Positions 45,176-56,500 of a stretch of 64,000 nt of DNA are shown piece by piece. Position numbers and translations under genes: made by a program. Below the pieces are notes generated by a model that did not search any database, was not told the DNA's origin, and saw only the letters and a program-made list of their open reading frames with translations. Each line of letters begins with the position of its first letter. Position 1 is the stretch's first letter. This DNA is from Flectonema sp. DT1601 (taxonomy: Eukaryota). Where the stretch lies: NCBI GenBank assembly GCA_964019425.1, contig OZ025795.1:1240001-1304000 (forward strand), in the 5' to 3' direction.

Positions 45176-45871
45176 ATGGCTGGTTATCCACCACCACCGG
45201 GAGCTGGAGGCTACCCACCAGCTCAGGGTGCACCAGGAGGCTACCCTCCTGCGCCGGGTGCACCGGGAGGTTACCCACCTGCCCCGGGAGCTCCGGGAGG
45301 TTACCCACAGGCAAGTGCTCCGGGATACCCACCTGCACCTGGTGGGGGGTATCCGCCTCAGGGTGGTGCACCAGTTGGATATTCCCCGGATGGCGGAGCT
45401 TACCCACAAAGTGGTTACCCCCCACAGGGAGGTGCTCCTGGCTACCCTCCAGCTCAGGCAGGTTACCCACCGCAGGCTGGTTACCCAACAGGAGGATACC
45501 CTGGTGCAACCCCTTCGGGTGGAATGGTCAGTCAGTGCGGACCTGACGAGGAGTATGTTCTGGAAGATGAAAAGGGAAACCGAATCCCAATCAGCTACGA
45601 AGAAGTTTGCGCAGCCGGTGGAGAAGGCGCCTCATACCAGAAAGAAGTTCCTACCAACGGAGCTGTTGGAGATAGAGGTATTGGTAAGATTTTATTAGCG
45701 GCAGCAGCAGCAGGTGTAGCTCTCTACATGCTCAGAGGAATAATTAGAAAAGTAAGAAGAGGAAGCAGCGGCAAGAAAGGAAAAAAGGACAAGAAAGATA
45801 AAAAGAAGAAGAAGGACAAGAAGAAGAAGAAGAAGCGTTCAGGTTCGTCATCATCTTCTTCATCTTCCTAA
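45176..45871 (+). CDS. Pro/Gly/Tyr-rich single-TM protein with Lys/Asp-rich tail, paralogue 2
   Basis: Tandem duplicate of 43887-44594, including the upstream acceptor region and 3' flank. Confidence 0.85.
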   Translation: MAGYPPPPGAGGYPPAQGAPGGYPPAPGAPGGYPPAPGAPGGYPQASAPGYPPAPGGGYPPQGGAPVGYSPDGGAYPQSGYPPQGGAPGYPPAQAGYPPQAGYPTGGYPGATPSGGMVSQCGPDEEYVLEDEKGNRIPISYEEVCAAGGEGASYQKEVPTNGAVGDRGIGKILLAAAAAGVALYMLRGIIRKVRRGSSGKKGKKDKKDKKKKKDKKKKKKRSGSSSSSSSS

Positions 45872-46359
45872 GATGAGAGATGTGCTCAATTATTTGTTTC
45901 ACTCCATTAAAACGTAGTTAAGGAATGGCTGGCATGTTTATGTATTGCTTGTTGATGTTCTCTCATGTGTCATGAAAAATTAAAGCAAATTTGCTGCATA
46001 CTGCTGCTCTGCTGCGTGAGGGGAAAAAAAAAAACACAAAAGAAAAAAAAAAAAAAAAAAAGAGGTAAGATATTGATCGCGAAGAAAAAAAAAAAAAAAA
46101 ATGAAACAAACTGGCAGGCTACTTGAGCTTTCTGGTTCTTTCATTTGAAAAAAAAAAAAAAAAACTAAACAAAGCAAAACAAAACTAAAAGCGTTCGCTC
46201 TTTTTTTGACAGGTTCTCCCACTCTACCCCAAGTTACCGTTCCTTTTCTTTTCTCTTTTTTTGATTTTATCTTCGCAAACTCGAGAAAGTGGGAGGATCC
46301 TCCTTGCCTTATCTCATGATACTAGTCGAGAGCGTGATTATTTCCCCCTTTTTTTTTGA

Positions 46360-46900
46360 CAACATCTTCTGGTCAATAAGACAAAAAATATAGTTTTCTT
46401 TTTCTAAACGTAATTTTTCTTTGATTAACAGCTACAACTATTTTTTCAGTCAAGTACTTGATATTAATTTTGTTTTAATACCCCAAAGTTGTTACTGTTT
46501 TTACATTGTCAAAGTTTCGCCCCCCTTTTTTTTCTTGTACTTCGGGTATTAATTATTTAACTACTTATCGTCTATTAATCCATTCGTTTTTTCATCAGCT
46601 CGATTAACATGGAAGACAACACTTCACCGTAAACATACAGACCTGAAGCTACTACCCTTTGGTTAATATCTTTTACTTTTATATAATAAGACTTGTCAAA
46701 AGTATGGTACCATTCTCGTTCAACAGTTAACTGCGCAGGGATGTACAACGTAGTAATTGAGCCCCCAACCCTGTCTGAAACATGCCCCAAAAAAATTCAA
46801 TTTTAGGTATCTCGCTTTACAGAATTTGCTTGTGGCTACGGAGAAACCCAAACATAATCAGCCTTGCCAAAGGGTTCATCCCCTAAATCTGTATTCTAGT
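46360..46900 (-). mobile_element. Decayed retroelement 3' fragment related to 5640-5820
   Basis: 46360-46525 is homologous to 5640-5820. The adjacent minus-strand frames read FSVA..KARYLKL ... YIPAQLTVEREWY, which loosely resembles an RLE C-terminus. Confidence 0.4.
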
Positions 46901-47018
46901 GAAATAATAAATATTAGCGTGACGATTATTATAAAATTTTGTTTTACATTCGCTCTGTTATTTTATTTTTATTCAACCGATAGGCCTCGTAAATAATAAA
47001 AAAAGGAAACCCTTCAGG

Positions 47019-47049
<31 letters not shown>

Positions 47050-47068
47050 AAATCAATCTCTGCACAAA

Positions 47069-48166
47069 ATGTCTGAAAGTGTAGCCTCTCTAGATAATGA
47101 CATCTCTGTGGAATCGTTTATCGAGGATTTGACTCACTTTTGTCAGATAATTAGATCTATAGGCAAAGAGAACTCTGATTACTTAGTCAAACCTGTGATG
47201 CTGACAATGTCTACCATGGAAGCTTTAGAAAAAACATGGCTCGAAATAGAAACACTTACTGAGAAACACGATGATGATGAAACAGCCGTCACAGAAACAT
47301 ACCTATCCAAAGATGGAAAGCGATTCAGAGAACTCGCGGATTTAATATTACCGGACTTTCACAGAGCTTTGTTAAATTGGCATGTTGGGACTTTTTTTCA
47401 ACCGCTGTACGACAACTTCAGTGACGAGTACAAAGTGTATTGGGAAGCATTTTTAAGAAATTGCAGTATTGATTGGCAGACTACATTTATGCAACAGTTG
47501 GAAAAAGAATATTTTCTAAGTGCGTACACGTATTCTCATCGAATTAAGGGAGATAAGGTTAACTCAACGAGAATATCATACGGGGCTGCATCTCCACCCC
47601 CGGAATACCTCGTTAAGGCTGCGGAAGATGTTCTAAAAGCTGAAAAAGTTGAACTGCCGGAACCTTTCAACAACTTGCAAGGGAAGTTTAAGTTCTACGG
47701 ACTCGGATGGGACTACGCAACGTCGCATTTGAAAACTTATCACCATGGTGAATCAATAGACTTACCAGAAGAACTTAAAAAGAGCGCAGCATCTGGTCGA
47801 AAACTAGTAACAAACGATTATGATCCTCATTGTCTCGTAGCTTTTACGTACAATGGAAGTGAGATGCTGGAGCAAAAATTGTATCTGTACGCAACAGAGA
47901 TGGAACACATCAAAGAACCGTTACCTACTGGTACTTTGAACGCTGCTTGTGTCTTAACTGCGGGAGCACTAAACAGAGGAACGTTTTGGCAGTTAGATGT
48001 TACCCACACTCGGGGTCCGCAATTCGATTCACCTGAGTGGGTTCCAAGGTTTGGGGAAAAAGCATCCGAGATATATAAAAAATATTACAACACATCAATG
48101 AGACTCGATACTCTTGGTTATGCAGGTCCAGATGATCTGACCATGTATTTCCCTTTTGAACCTTAG
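47069..48166 (+). CDS. Hypothetical soluble protein (365 aa)
   Basis: Long ORF with normal composition. Family not confidently recognised. Confidence 0.8.
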   Translation: MSESVASLDNDISVESFIEDLTHFCQIIRSIGKENSDYLVKPVMLTMSTMEALEKTWLEIETLTEKHDDDETAVTETYLSKDGKRFRELADLILPDFHRALLNWHVGTFFQPLYDNFSDEYKVYWEAFLRNCSIDWQTTFMQQLEKEYFLSAYTYSHRIKGDKVNSTRISYGAASPPPEYLVKAAEDVLKAEKVELPEPFNNLQGKFKFYGLGWDYATSHLKTYHHGESIDLPEELKKSAASGRKLVTNDYDPHCLVAFTYNGSEMLEQKLYLYATEMEHIKEPLPTGTLNAACVLTAGALNRGTFWQLDVTHTRGPQFDSPEWVPRFGEKASEIYKKYYNTSMRLDTLGYAGPDDLTMYFPFEP

Positions 48167-48290
48167 GAAAAAAAAAAAAGAACATTACAAAAAAAAAAAA
48201 ACCCCCCAGAGTGAAAAGAAGATACGAATCTTTAAACAAAAATGTATCACCCACATTATTATAGTTTTATATTTCAATAGGAGGGGGAGG

Positions 48291-49532
48291 ATGAACAAGA
48301 TGATCGTTGGCGGGTCTGAGAGAGATCGTGAAGCCGATTCATCTGATAACCCAATCACTGAAAAGAAGAAGAAAATGAGAAGATCAGCAGGAGATATTCA
48401 ACAAGAGAATAAACAAGAGAGTGACGGTGAATCATTCAAAGAAAAAGAAATACGAACACCACCACTACCAACATCAGTTGGACCACAAACAAAACGACCT
48501 GTAAAATCATCTCGTGCGTCAAGGAGCAGAGGTAGCGTTTGGGGAAATGTTGGTGCCACACCTCTAATAAATAAATATGATGCTCACAGAGTTACATGTG
48601 TGGCTTGTTTAGCTGATCAATTTGATATGGAGGTGATGAAGAGAATTCTTCTTAATCACTTTCCAGAAGCTGCGACAACTGAATGCTCAGCCGATACTTC
48701 GATTATAAATTCTAGAATTCCGTTATCATCTCTCAGATCTGGACAACAATCAGCAAGAGATTGGGGGATAGACACCGAAATATTCATTTTTGAATATGGC
48801 GCATTAGCCTATTGGGGAGTAAACGAACAAAGTGTTTGGGATACACTAGTAGCCACACTACGACCTGGCTACCAACAGCCAGCGATTGATTATGATTGTG
48901 AATTGTGTACCTTTAGTTATACAAAAACAAAAGATTATCCGATGACTACGTCTGCTTCTGAAAGTGATTATCACACACAGCATTCTGATAATATAAGATA
49001 TTCTTGGCTTGATCAAGATCACTTTTATTTAGCAACTACTGAAGCTGATGTCAAACTCGCGTACAGTTTCGCAATCGCACAAAGTGAGAAATTATCCTAT
49101 TTCGAAGATAAGATTTCAACTCAAATTAACACCACTCGTAGATACCCAGAAGAGCTAGCTGACAAGGGACATGTTGGTCTAAGTGGTCGTGAAATCGCAA
49201 AGACAAAAGGAAAACTATTCTTACATAGAATGAATATAATATTACACACAGACTTGTTGGACACACCTGACTTCTTTTGGGAACGAACAGACTTAGAGCC
49301 TCTCTATGTACATGCTCGAAAATATTTTGAAATTTCGAGACGAGTTCGAGTTCTCAACACTCGCCTTGAAGTAGTTGCGGAACTATTTGATATGCTTCAC
49401 GATCAGCAAAAACAAAAACACTCTGACAGGTTGGAGTGGATTGTAATTTGGTTGATTATTGTCGAGGTGATCGTGGCGGCGTTTTCGATTTATTTAAAGA
49501 TAAGCGGAATAGACAACCGACAAGTACGGTGA
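48291..49532 (+). CDS. RMND1/Rmd1/YagE (DUF155) family protein
   Basis: IFIFEYGALAYWG, SFAIAQSEKLSYFE, LLDTPDFFWE, RVRVLNTRL and HSDRLEWIVIWLI. Confidence 0.92.
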   Translation: MNKMIVGGSERDREADSSDNPITEKKKKMRRSAGDIQQENKQESDGESFKEKEIRTPPLPTSVGPQTKRPVKSSRASRSRGSVWGNVGATPLINKYDAHRVTCVACLADQFDMEVMKRILLNHFPEAATTECSADTSIINSRIPLSSLRSGQQSARDWGIDTEIFIFEYGALAYWGVNEQSVWDTLVATLRPGYQQPAIDYDCELCTFSYTKTKDYPMTTSASESDYHTQHSDNIRYSWLDQDHFYLATTEADVKLAYSFAIAQSEKLSYFEDKISTQINTTRRYPEELADKGHVGLSGREIAKTKGKLFLHRMNIILHTDLLDTPDFFWERTDLEPLYVHARKYFEISRRVRVLNTRLEVVAELFDMLHDQQKQKHSDRLEWIVIWLIIVEVIVAAFSIYLKISGIDNRQVR

Positions 49533-50045
49533 AGTGGAATCCCGAAAAGACGACAGTCAACACTTTCTCAAATCAGTATATCTTATGAAATTTAATAGTA
49601 CGATTTCTGCCAATAAAAAGTCATCCTGTGAACGGACGCTCTATTCTAAGTAGCATGAAGTGAATTAATAGAAAGTACGGCTTTTAACAAAATCCACCCA
49701 CATGACCCGTAGCGTTCCTCTAGTAGTATCCAAGGTAGGGGAGGAGGGGGAAAAAAAAATTGGAAAGAGGAAAAACACAACACCATTATGAGGAGCACAC
49801 CTCTTTTTTAACACTTTCAGTTAAGTTATGACAGAAGTCTAATTGTTGTTATTATTTTGATGAAGTTTTTATCTACTATGTTTTGTCTTCTAGGGTTTCT
49901 CACAAAAATTTGAATTTAACTCGAAAAGTGATGTATTTAAGTTTTTTTTATTTTTATTTTTATTTTTTTTTAATTTGATTTTATTCTAAACGAAAGTAAA
50001 GAGTTCTTAAATGTAATAAGAAGACGAACAAAAACAAAACAAACA

Positions 50046-50957
50046 ATGAGATACAAGATAGCAGAGCTAATAGCGAGAGGAAGCGGGGGATCTGTTTTTA
50101 GAGCAACAGATGACGAAACGAGAACCACCGTAGCTGTGAAGAAGCCTCTAACAGAACAAGGAAGTGACGAAGTTGAGCTATCCACTTTAAGAGAAATAAA
50201 ACTACTCAAAGAACTTAAAGAGTTTAATAACAATAATATAATTAACTTGCTGGACGTGTTTGTTGGAGGAGGAGACATCTGTCTCGTATACGAATACGAA
50301 CCGTATAATTTAGCTCAATGTATAGCCAGTGCTAAGATCAGACTTGATCCCCAGCATATTAAGAATATCTCTAATCAATTGTTAAGCGGTATTTCATTCT
50401 TGCATTGTAACTTAATAATGCACAGGGATATTAAACCTGACAACATACTGCTATCAGGGAATGGAACGGTGAAGATATGTGACTTTGGATTATCGAAACC
50501 TTTAATTCAGGGAATCTGTAGTCTTGACACACCTGAAGTAGTAACACTTTGGTATCGACCACCGGAACTGTTATTTGGATCTTTTAAATACAGTGAAGTA
50601 ATAGACTGTTGGAGTGCTGGTTGTATTATCGCTGAATTGTGTACGAGAGTTGCCTTGTTTCCTGCGGCATCAGAACTTGAAGTTTTATCATTAATGGCTG
50701 CTGTTGTATCATTGGATTGGTCAGGTGCGGAACATCTTCCGAATTTCATTCGTTTTAAAAGATCTCCACAAACATCACTATCGAGTCTATTACCAACTGC
50801 TTCACAAGAATTACTTTCACTTGTTCAACATCTCCTCGAACCAAATCCATCTTGTCGGTTGTCTGCTACTGCAGCACTCTCACATCAATACTTCAGTGAG
50901 CAGCCTGATGCTGCATTTATTGATAGCACTATGCTTAGTACTTTATCTGGAGAATAG
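50046..50957 (+). CDS. Cyclin-dependent kinase, CDK7-like
   Basis: VAVKK, STLREIKLLKEL, HRDIKPDN, DFG and TPEVVTLWYRPPELLFG. Confidence 0.88.
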   Translation: MRYKIAELIARGSGGSVFRATDDETRTTVAVKKPLTEQGSDEVELSTLREIKLLKELKEFNNNNIINLLDVFVGGGDICLVYEYEPYNLAQCIASAKIRLDPQHIKNISNQLLSGISFLHCNLIMHRDIKPDNILLSGNGTVKICDFGLSKPLIQGICSLDTPEVVTLWYRPPELLFGSFKYSEVIDCWSAGCIIAELCTRVALFPAASELEVLSLMAAVVSLDWSGAEHLPNFIRFKRSPQTSLSSLLPTASQELLSLVQHLLEPNPSCRLSATAALSHQYFSEQPDAAFIDSTMLSTLSGE

Positions 50958-51147
50958 ATGTGCTTAATTATTCTGATTTTTGCATGTTATTGTGTAAAGC
51001 AGCATTTATTATCCCGATTTTATTTTACGGCTCTACTACCGATCGTAGGGTTTTTTTTTTTTTTTTTTTTTTTCCCCTTTTTTCTTTTTTTTAAAATATT
51101 TATAAATACTATTTCAACAGCCCCTGGGGCGCACGAGGGTAGTAAAT

Positions 51148-53205
51148 ATGGTTAAAAAAAAGAAAATGAAAAATGAAAACGGAGGGACAGACATTTTGGC
51201 AGAAGCAGCAAAGGACTGTTCTCGATGGATAAATCACTACAGAAGTTTGGAACCCATTAGTCGTACAAAACGTAAGAATCGATGTACTGAACGACAGTTT
51301 ATAGCACCTGCTTGGATAGAGACATCTTGTAAGCCAATCCTTATCCACATTCCTGTGAATGATAAGTTAGATAGTTGGGAAACAGATGGAAACGGTCTTC
51401 AAAGATCCTGGTATCCAAAATACACTTCGCTAATGGATTCAGCAGCGGTGGATGTTTTTGATTTTTTTAAGAATGAAAGTAAAAGTTATTCAACTGAGTC
51501 GAAACGTTTGGAAAATATAAGAACTAAAATATTCAGCGATATAGACATTAATTTCGCAGATTCCTATCGACGAGTTTTCTGGAGGAGTCGAATGTACTCT
51601 CCGTCGAACTTTATATGGAAAGGAAGAACAGAATGTAATGTAGTTCACGGTAGAATCCCTCAAAGTATTTTAATAATTGGATCTGATTTACATCCATGGT
51701 CAAAAAAGTTTAGTGGAGATAAAGTTTCCTGTACTCCGAGGGTTCAATTTAAAAATAAGAATTCACCAAACGACTGTAATCCCCTTTTAAAAAGGAAACA
51801 ATCCTTGATCGAGAAAACACCTGTTACAGCAGCTGAATATAGATCCGTCCTACCCGATGACAGTCATCCATTATTAAAACGGCAAAAGGAAATTTTCGGA
51901 AGAACTTCTGGTCCCGCTATTCTAACATCGCAGTATCAATCCGTGATTCCGGATTTTAATAAAAGGCCGTCAGTTGTCAATGTTCCCAACAACAGTCATC
52001 CTCTTTTAAAACAGCAAAAGGAAACTTTCGGAAGAACTTCTGCTGCCGCTATTCTAGCATCGCAGTGTCAATCCGTGATTCCGGATTTTAATAAAAAACC
52101 GTCGGTTGTCGATGTTCCCAACAACAATTACCCTCTTTTAGAACAGCAAAAGGAAATTTTCGGAAGAACTTCTGCTGCCGCTATTCTAACATCGCAGCGT
52201 CAATCCGTGATTCCGGATTTTAATAAAAAACCGTCGGTTGTCGGTGTTTCCAACAACAATTACCCTGTTTTAAAACAGCAAAAGCAAGCTTTCGGAAGAA
52301 CTCCTGCTGCCGCTATTCTAACATCGCAGTATCAATCCGTGATTCCGGATTTTAATAAAAAACCGTCAGTTGTCGATGTTCCCAACAACAATTACCCTTT
52401 ATTAAAAAAGCAAAAGGAAACTTTCGGAAGAACTTCTGCTGCCGCTATTCTAGCATCGCAGCGTCAATCCGTGATTCCGGATTTTAATAAAAGGCCGTCA
52501 GTTGTTGATGTTCCCAACAACAGTCATCCTCTTTTAAAACAACAAACTTTCAATGGGAATTCGGTCGCTGCTGTTCCTGCTCAAACTGGTGTGAAAAAGT
52601 ATCCTCTAGATCCAGCAGTTGTGAATACAGCTATTCCAGCATACCCGATACAACATGTTAATGATCATAGGTATCCTCATGTTGAAACTGCTCCTCCGCT
52701 TCCTTCGGGATTTCAAGCACCACCTATGCCGTACTACATGACCAATCATATGATTGAACAACAAATGGCAAATTGGCATGCACATTACAAATCACAGATG
52801 GATGCTTATCTTTACTTTCAGCGATCGCAATTAGCAAGTCAAATGCAAAGAGATACCCGGACGGTGATGGATTCATCTGCGAGAAGTGCTATGAGAAGTC
52901 AACTGTGTCAGCAAGAAAAGGAAATTGAAAAATCAAAATCGTCCAAACCCGAAATAGAAGTACTTCACACTAATGACGAAGTGATAACAATCGATTCGGA
53001 GGATGAGATTATTACGGTAGATGATGTTGAACCTTCTGTCGTGGCGAGTTACGTTCACATCCCACCTGTTCCTCAACGGGTGGATGTAGTCATTAATGAT
53101 AAAACACTCACGGTGACAGCACCAGTCAGTTCTCGGGGAAAACGAAAAGGAACTCGCGTCGGTATTCGATCTGGTGTTCAGGACACTAAACCAACAGAGA
53201 TTTGA
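51148..53205 (+). CDS. Hypothetical protein with 44-aa tandem repeats
   Basis: 685-aa ORF with a central repeat block. The exact start codon is uncertain. Confidence 0.75.
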   Translation: MVKKKKMKNENGGTDILAEAAKDCSRWINHYRSLEPISRTKRKNRCTERQFIAPAWIETSCKPILIHIPVNDKLDSWETDGNGLQRSWYPKYTSLMDSAAVDVFDFFKNESKSYSTESKRLENIRTKIFSDIDINFADSYRRVFWRSRMYSPSNFIWKGRTECNVVHGRIPQSILIIGSDLHPWSKKFSGDKVSCTPRVQFKNKNSPNDCNPLLKRKQSLIEKTPVTAAEYRSVLPDDSHPLLKRQKEIFGRTSGPAILTSQYQSVIPDFNKRPSVVNVPNNSHPLLKQQKETFGRTSAAAILASQCQSVIPDFNKKPSVVDVPNNNYPLLEQQKEIFGRTSAAAILTSQRQSVIPDFNKKPSVVGVSNNNYPVLKQQKQAFGRTPAAAILTSQYQSVIPDFNKKPSVVDVPNNNYPLLKKQKETFGRTSAAAILASQRQSVIPDFNKRPSVVDVPNNSHPLLKQQTFNGNSVAAVPAQTGVKKYPLDPAVVNTAIPAYPIQHVNDHRYPHVETAPPLPSGFQAPPMPYYMTNHMIEQQMANWHAHYKSQMDAYLYFQRSQLASQMQRDTRTVMDSSARSAMRSQLCQQEKEIEKSKSSKPEIEVLHTNDEVITIDSEDEIITVDDVEPSVVASYVHIPPVPQRVDVVINDKTLTVTAPVSSRGKRKGTRVGIRSGVQDTKPTEI
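51865..52548 (+). repeat. Five complete 132-bp coding tandem repeats plus a partial unit
   Basis: Units start at 51865, 51997, 52129, 52261, 52393 and 52525 (HPLLKQQKETFGRTSAAAILASQ.QSVIPDFNK.PSVVDVPNN). Confidence 0.92.
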
Positions 53206-53530
53206 TTTCTGTTTGATTTCTAAGAGAAAAAAAAAAAAAAAAAAAGAAAAGAGGTAAGAAAACTTTTCTTCCCAGAATTTTAAAAAACTAAAAAAAATCC
53301 TCAAAAAAAAAAAAAAAAAACCCTTTTTACCGTCTTTTTTTTATTGTGGTTTGTGCACAATTTCTTTGTTCAAAAAGACTTAGACTTTTCCTATTTTAAA
53401 AAGTAATACCAACAACCCTGAATTGCTACAAACAGACGTAAAGTACGATGCTTGAATAACTAAAAGTCACTACTACTTTATTCACATCAGACACTGTGTT
53501 TGCTAACATTATAATTATGTTTATTAATTT

Positions 53531-56500
53531 ATGAGTGAAATGCTGAGGTTGGAATCAGGTGACTCGTCAGGACCATCTCTTCATCTGCAAGAGTTGTCTG
53601 GACGACATAAAAGAAGACGAGCGAGTTGTATGTCATCACTGAGGTGGAATTCAATAAATTCAATCGCTTTAAAAACGTTATTGCAATCGAAGGTTGGGAG
53701 GTCTCCTGCGATGCTTGGATCAGATATAAAGATGTCGAGTAATCCACGATTTGTTGGTCTTCTGTCATACATGAAACAAACAACTTCTCCAATTTCTGGA
53801 GGCATAACTCACTTAGATCTGTCGGGATGTCCTCTTGGGACTCCTGACTTTGTTGTTCTAAAACCAATCTTATCAGCGCATCCGAGTATTTCATCGGTTG
53901 ATCTTTCTAATATAAATATTTCTAGTGTCGCAGCAAGAGATCTCATTGAGATTGTTACAGCGAACAATCAAATCATGGAAATAGATTTTAGTGATTCCAC
54001 CATCCCATCACGAGCTGCAGTAATAATAGATTCCCTACTCGGTAGGAATCGACTTCTTCATGAACGTCGATGCCACCAACTTCGAAAACGAGAATTTAAA
54101 AAAATCCAAAAACGTGAAAAATTATACCAAGATAAACATATTGAAATGATGACATCGGAAGCACAAGATGGCCTGAGCGAAATTAAAAAAGAAGAAAAAA
54201 TAATGAGACAGGAACTGACGGTCTTAGAGCAAATCGACTACAAGAAATCATCGAGGCAGACTCATAGAAGGATCCGTCGGATTAGAAAGGAAGAAGCCAT
54301 CTTATTACTCACAATAACTGAAGCAGAGCTGCGAGAAGAAATAAATCACTCTGAACTCATCGAACTCGTGTTGCTATCTGAGATTCAGGAAGATGCTCAA
54401 AGGAGACTTTGCTGTTTAATTAACGACACACTTGTTCATTTTTTAAAAAGAGGTGAACTTTCAGATTGGTCGAACTCGAAAAAATTAGAAAAAGTAAGAC
54501 GCCTATCGGAACAACAAAAACGAAGATCTGTTGAACAGGAATTTGAAAAATGTCGAATTAAAATAGAAGATGAATTCTTATCTATTCTTCAAACTGTTTT
54601 AAAAACAGAAGAAGCACTCGGAAGAGCTAATTCCCTCGAACTTCAGTCAGACAGAGAAGCAAAGGAAGCCAGAGAACTTTACATCAAAGAACGCGAAGCA
54701 AAAGAAATTCAAGAACGAGAGTTATGGGAACGGAAACAAGCTGAACTTGAAGCCAACAGAAAACGAGACCAACAACAAAAACAACGAGACCTAGTATCAT
54801 TTGAAGAAGACAAAACAAGAAAAGTAATCAACATTGATCACGACGCCCTCTTTGTAATTTATACAAACATGCAACGTGCTGACTTCACGGTAGTTCATTT
54901 ATCTGGCGATTTAAAAATCTTAGAAAGACAACGTTCTGAACTATTGTTGGTCAAACCGATTGTAGAGATTGACTTTAATATTGAGGCTGACAATTTTCAT
55001 CCCCGAACCTATTTCGTTAATACGATCGCACCGGTGCACGTCGTAAAGGAACCGAAGATAGAAATATCACTTCCGACGGGATTTGTTGAGAGTATATCTG
55101 CGGTTGAAAAAAAGATTAAAAATATGGTCAAAGACCTCAGAGAAGCCCACGATCACGCCAACAGAGAATGTCTTCGCATTCATGCCAAACATGAAAATGG
55201 AGTTCGAAATGTTTTATCTAGATACTTTAATGTTGTGTTACCAAAGGAAGTTCCTCCTCTGGAGGCTGCGACCGTGACGAGTGTGATTGTGCTGATCTCA
55301 TGTTCGGTGACTCCACTACCAGCATCGACAAAAAGAAGGAGGCTTAAAGACGCTGTTGGTAAAGCTCAGCAGAGAATAGTTAAGAATATATCATTGTATC
55401 CAGAAGTTCATCAGAGAGTTTTTAAACCAGTTGAGCTGCTCGCCTTAGAGAAGATCTCAATAACTGGAGGAAGTCTTGAAGTAGCAGCTACGGATGTTTG
55501 TGAGTTTGATCGTTTTTATTGCGATACGAAATGGGAATCAACAGCTCCAGGGACATTAGCTATAACGAGAGCAGTGCACCAATCTGGAGTGAAGACGAAT
55601 CTGTTAAAAAATAAGAAATCACAATACAGAATGAATAAGTTGGTTAATTTATTTTCAATAAGAATGAATCCACAGTCAAAACCACAAAGTAGCGGATCAC
55701 TGAACGCTCACAAAGCCGAAGGATGGATAGACGATGTTCCCGCAGTAAGCGACTCATCTGATTCAGAATCTTCAGATATGCATTTGAGCACTTTTGAACA
55801 GTCTCGAAGCAGTAAAGACACTAGACAAGCAACCCATTATGCAAGAATAACTTTCCCTGATGGAAACATAATTCCCCCAAGTGCTATTGTGGATTTGATT
55901 GAAAGTATTTCCTATAATATCAAACAATCACCTGAACTTGATGTGGGTGGTAATCTCCCTCAAGAACGAAGGTTTTTATTCGATTTTAAATTTAATTTTG
56001 GAGCAGCTGGTTCGGATGCTCCTCCCCAAACAGTAGTATCTCAGAAGTATTGTTTTATTATTTTAGAGAATCCACTTTTACATATACCGCAGTCAGAGAG
56101 ACATGTTGTGTATACTGAGGATACTCCACCAGATCTTTGTAAGTTGTTTGGTGGGATTGTGTTTACGGAACCGAGTGTCTGTCTTCATAGAGAGCCTTCA
56201 GTGTTAATTAACGAGTCTCAACAGCATAGTATCGTAAGCGGAACTTTTCATAACTACATCTTAAAACTTGAATTTATTGAGGGGTACACTTATGATGATG
56301 TTCTGTTGTTCTCATACAGCGATTCAATTCACCTTCGCTACGATGGCGATCCTGAAAATCAAAATACAACCAACGAACCTTGTATGACACTGTGGCTTGA
56401 AGATAAGGATCTTTCTGACAAACCTGTACCCATTGGTGTTGTAGTTAAGGGGATGGTGTTTTCAACCAGTAGACCACCTACTAAACCATATCCAGGTAAT

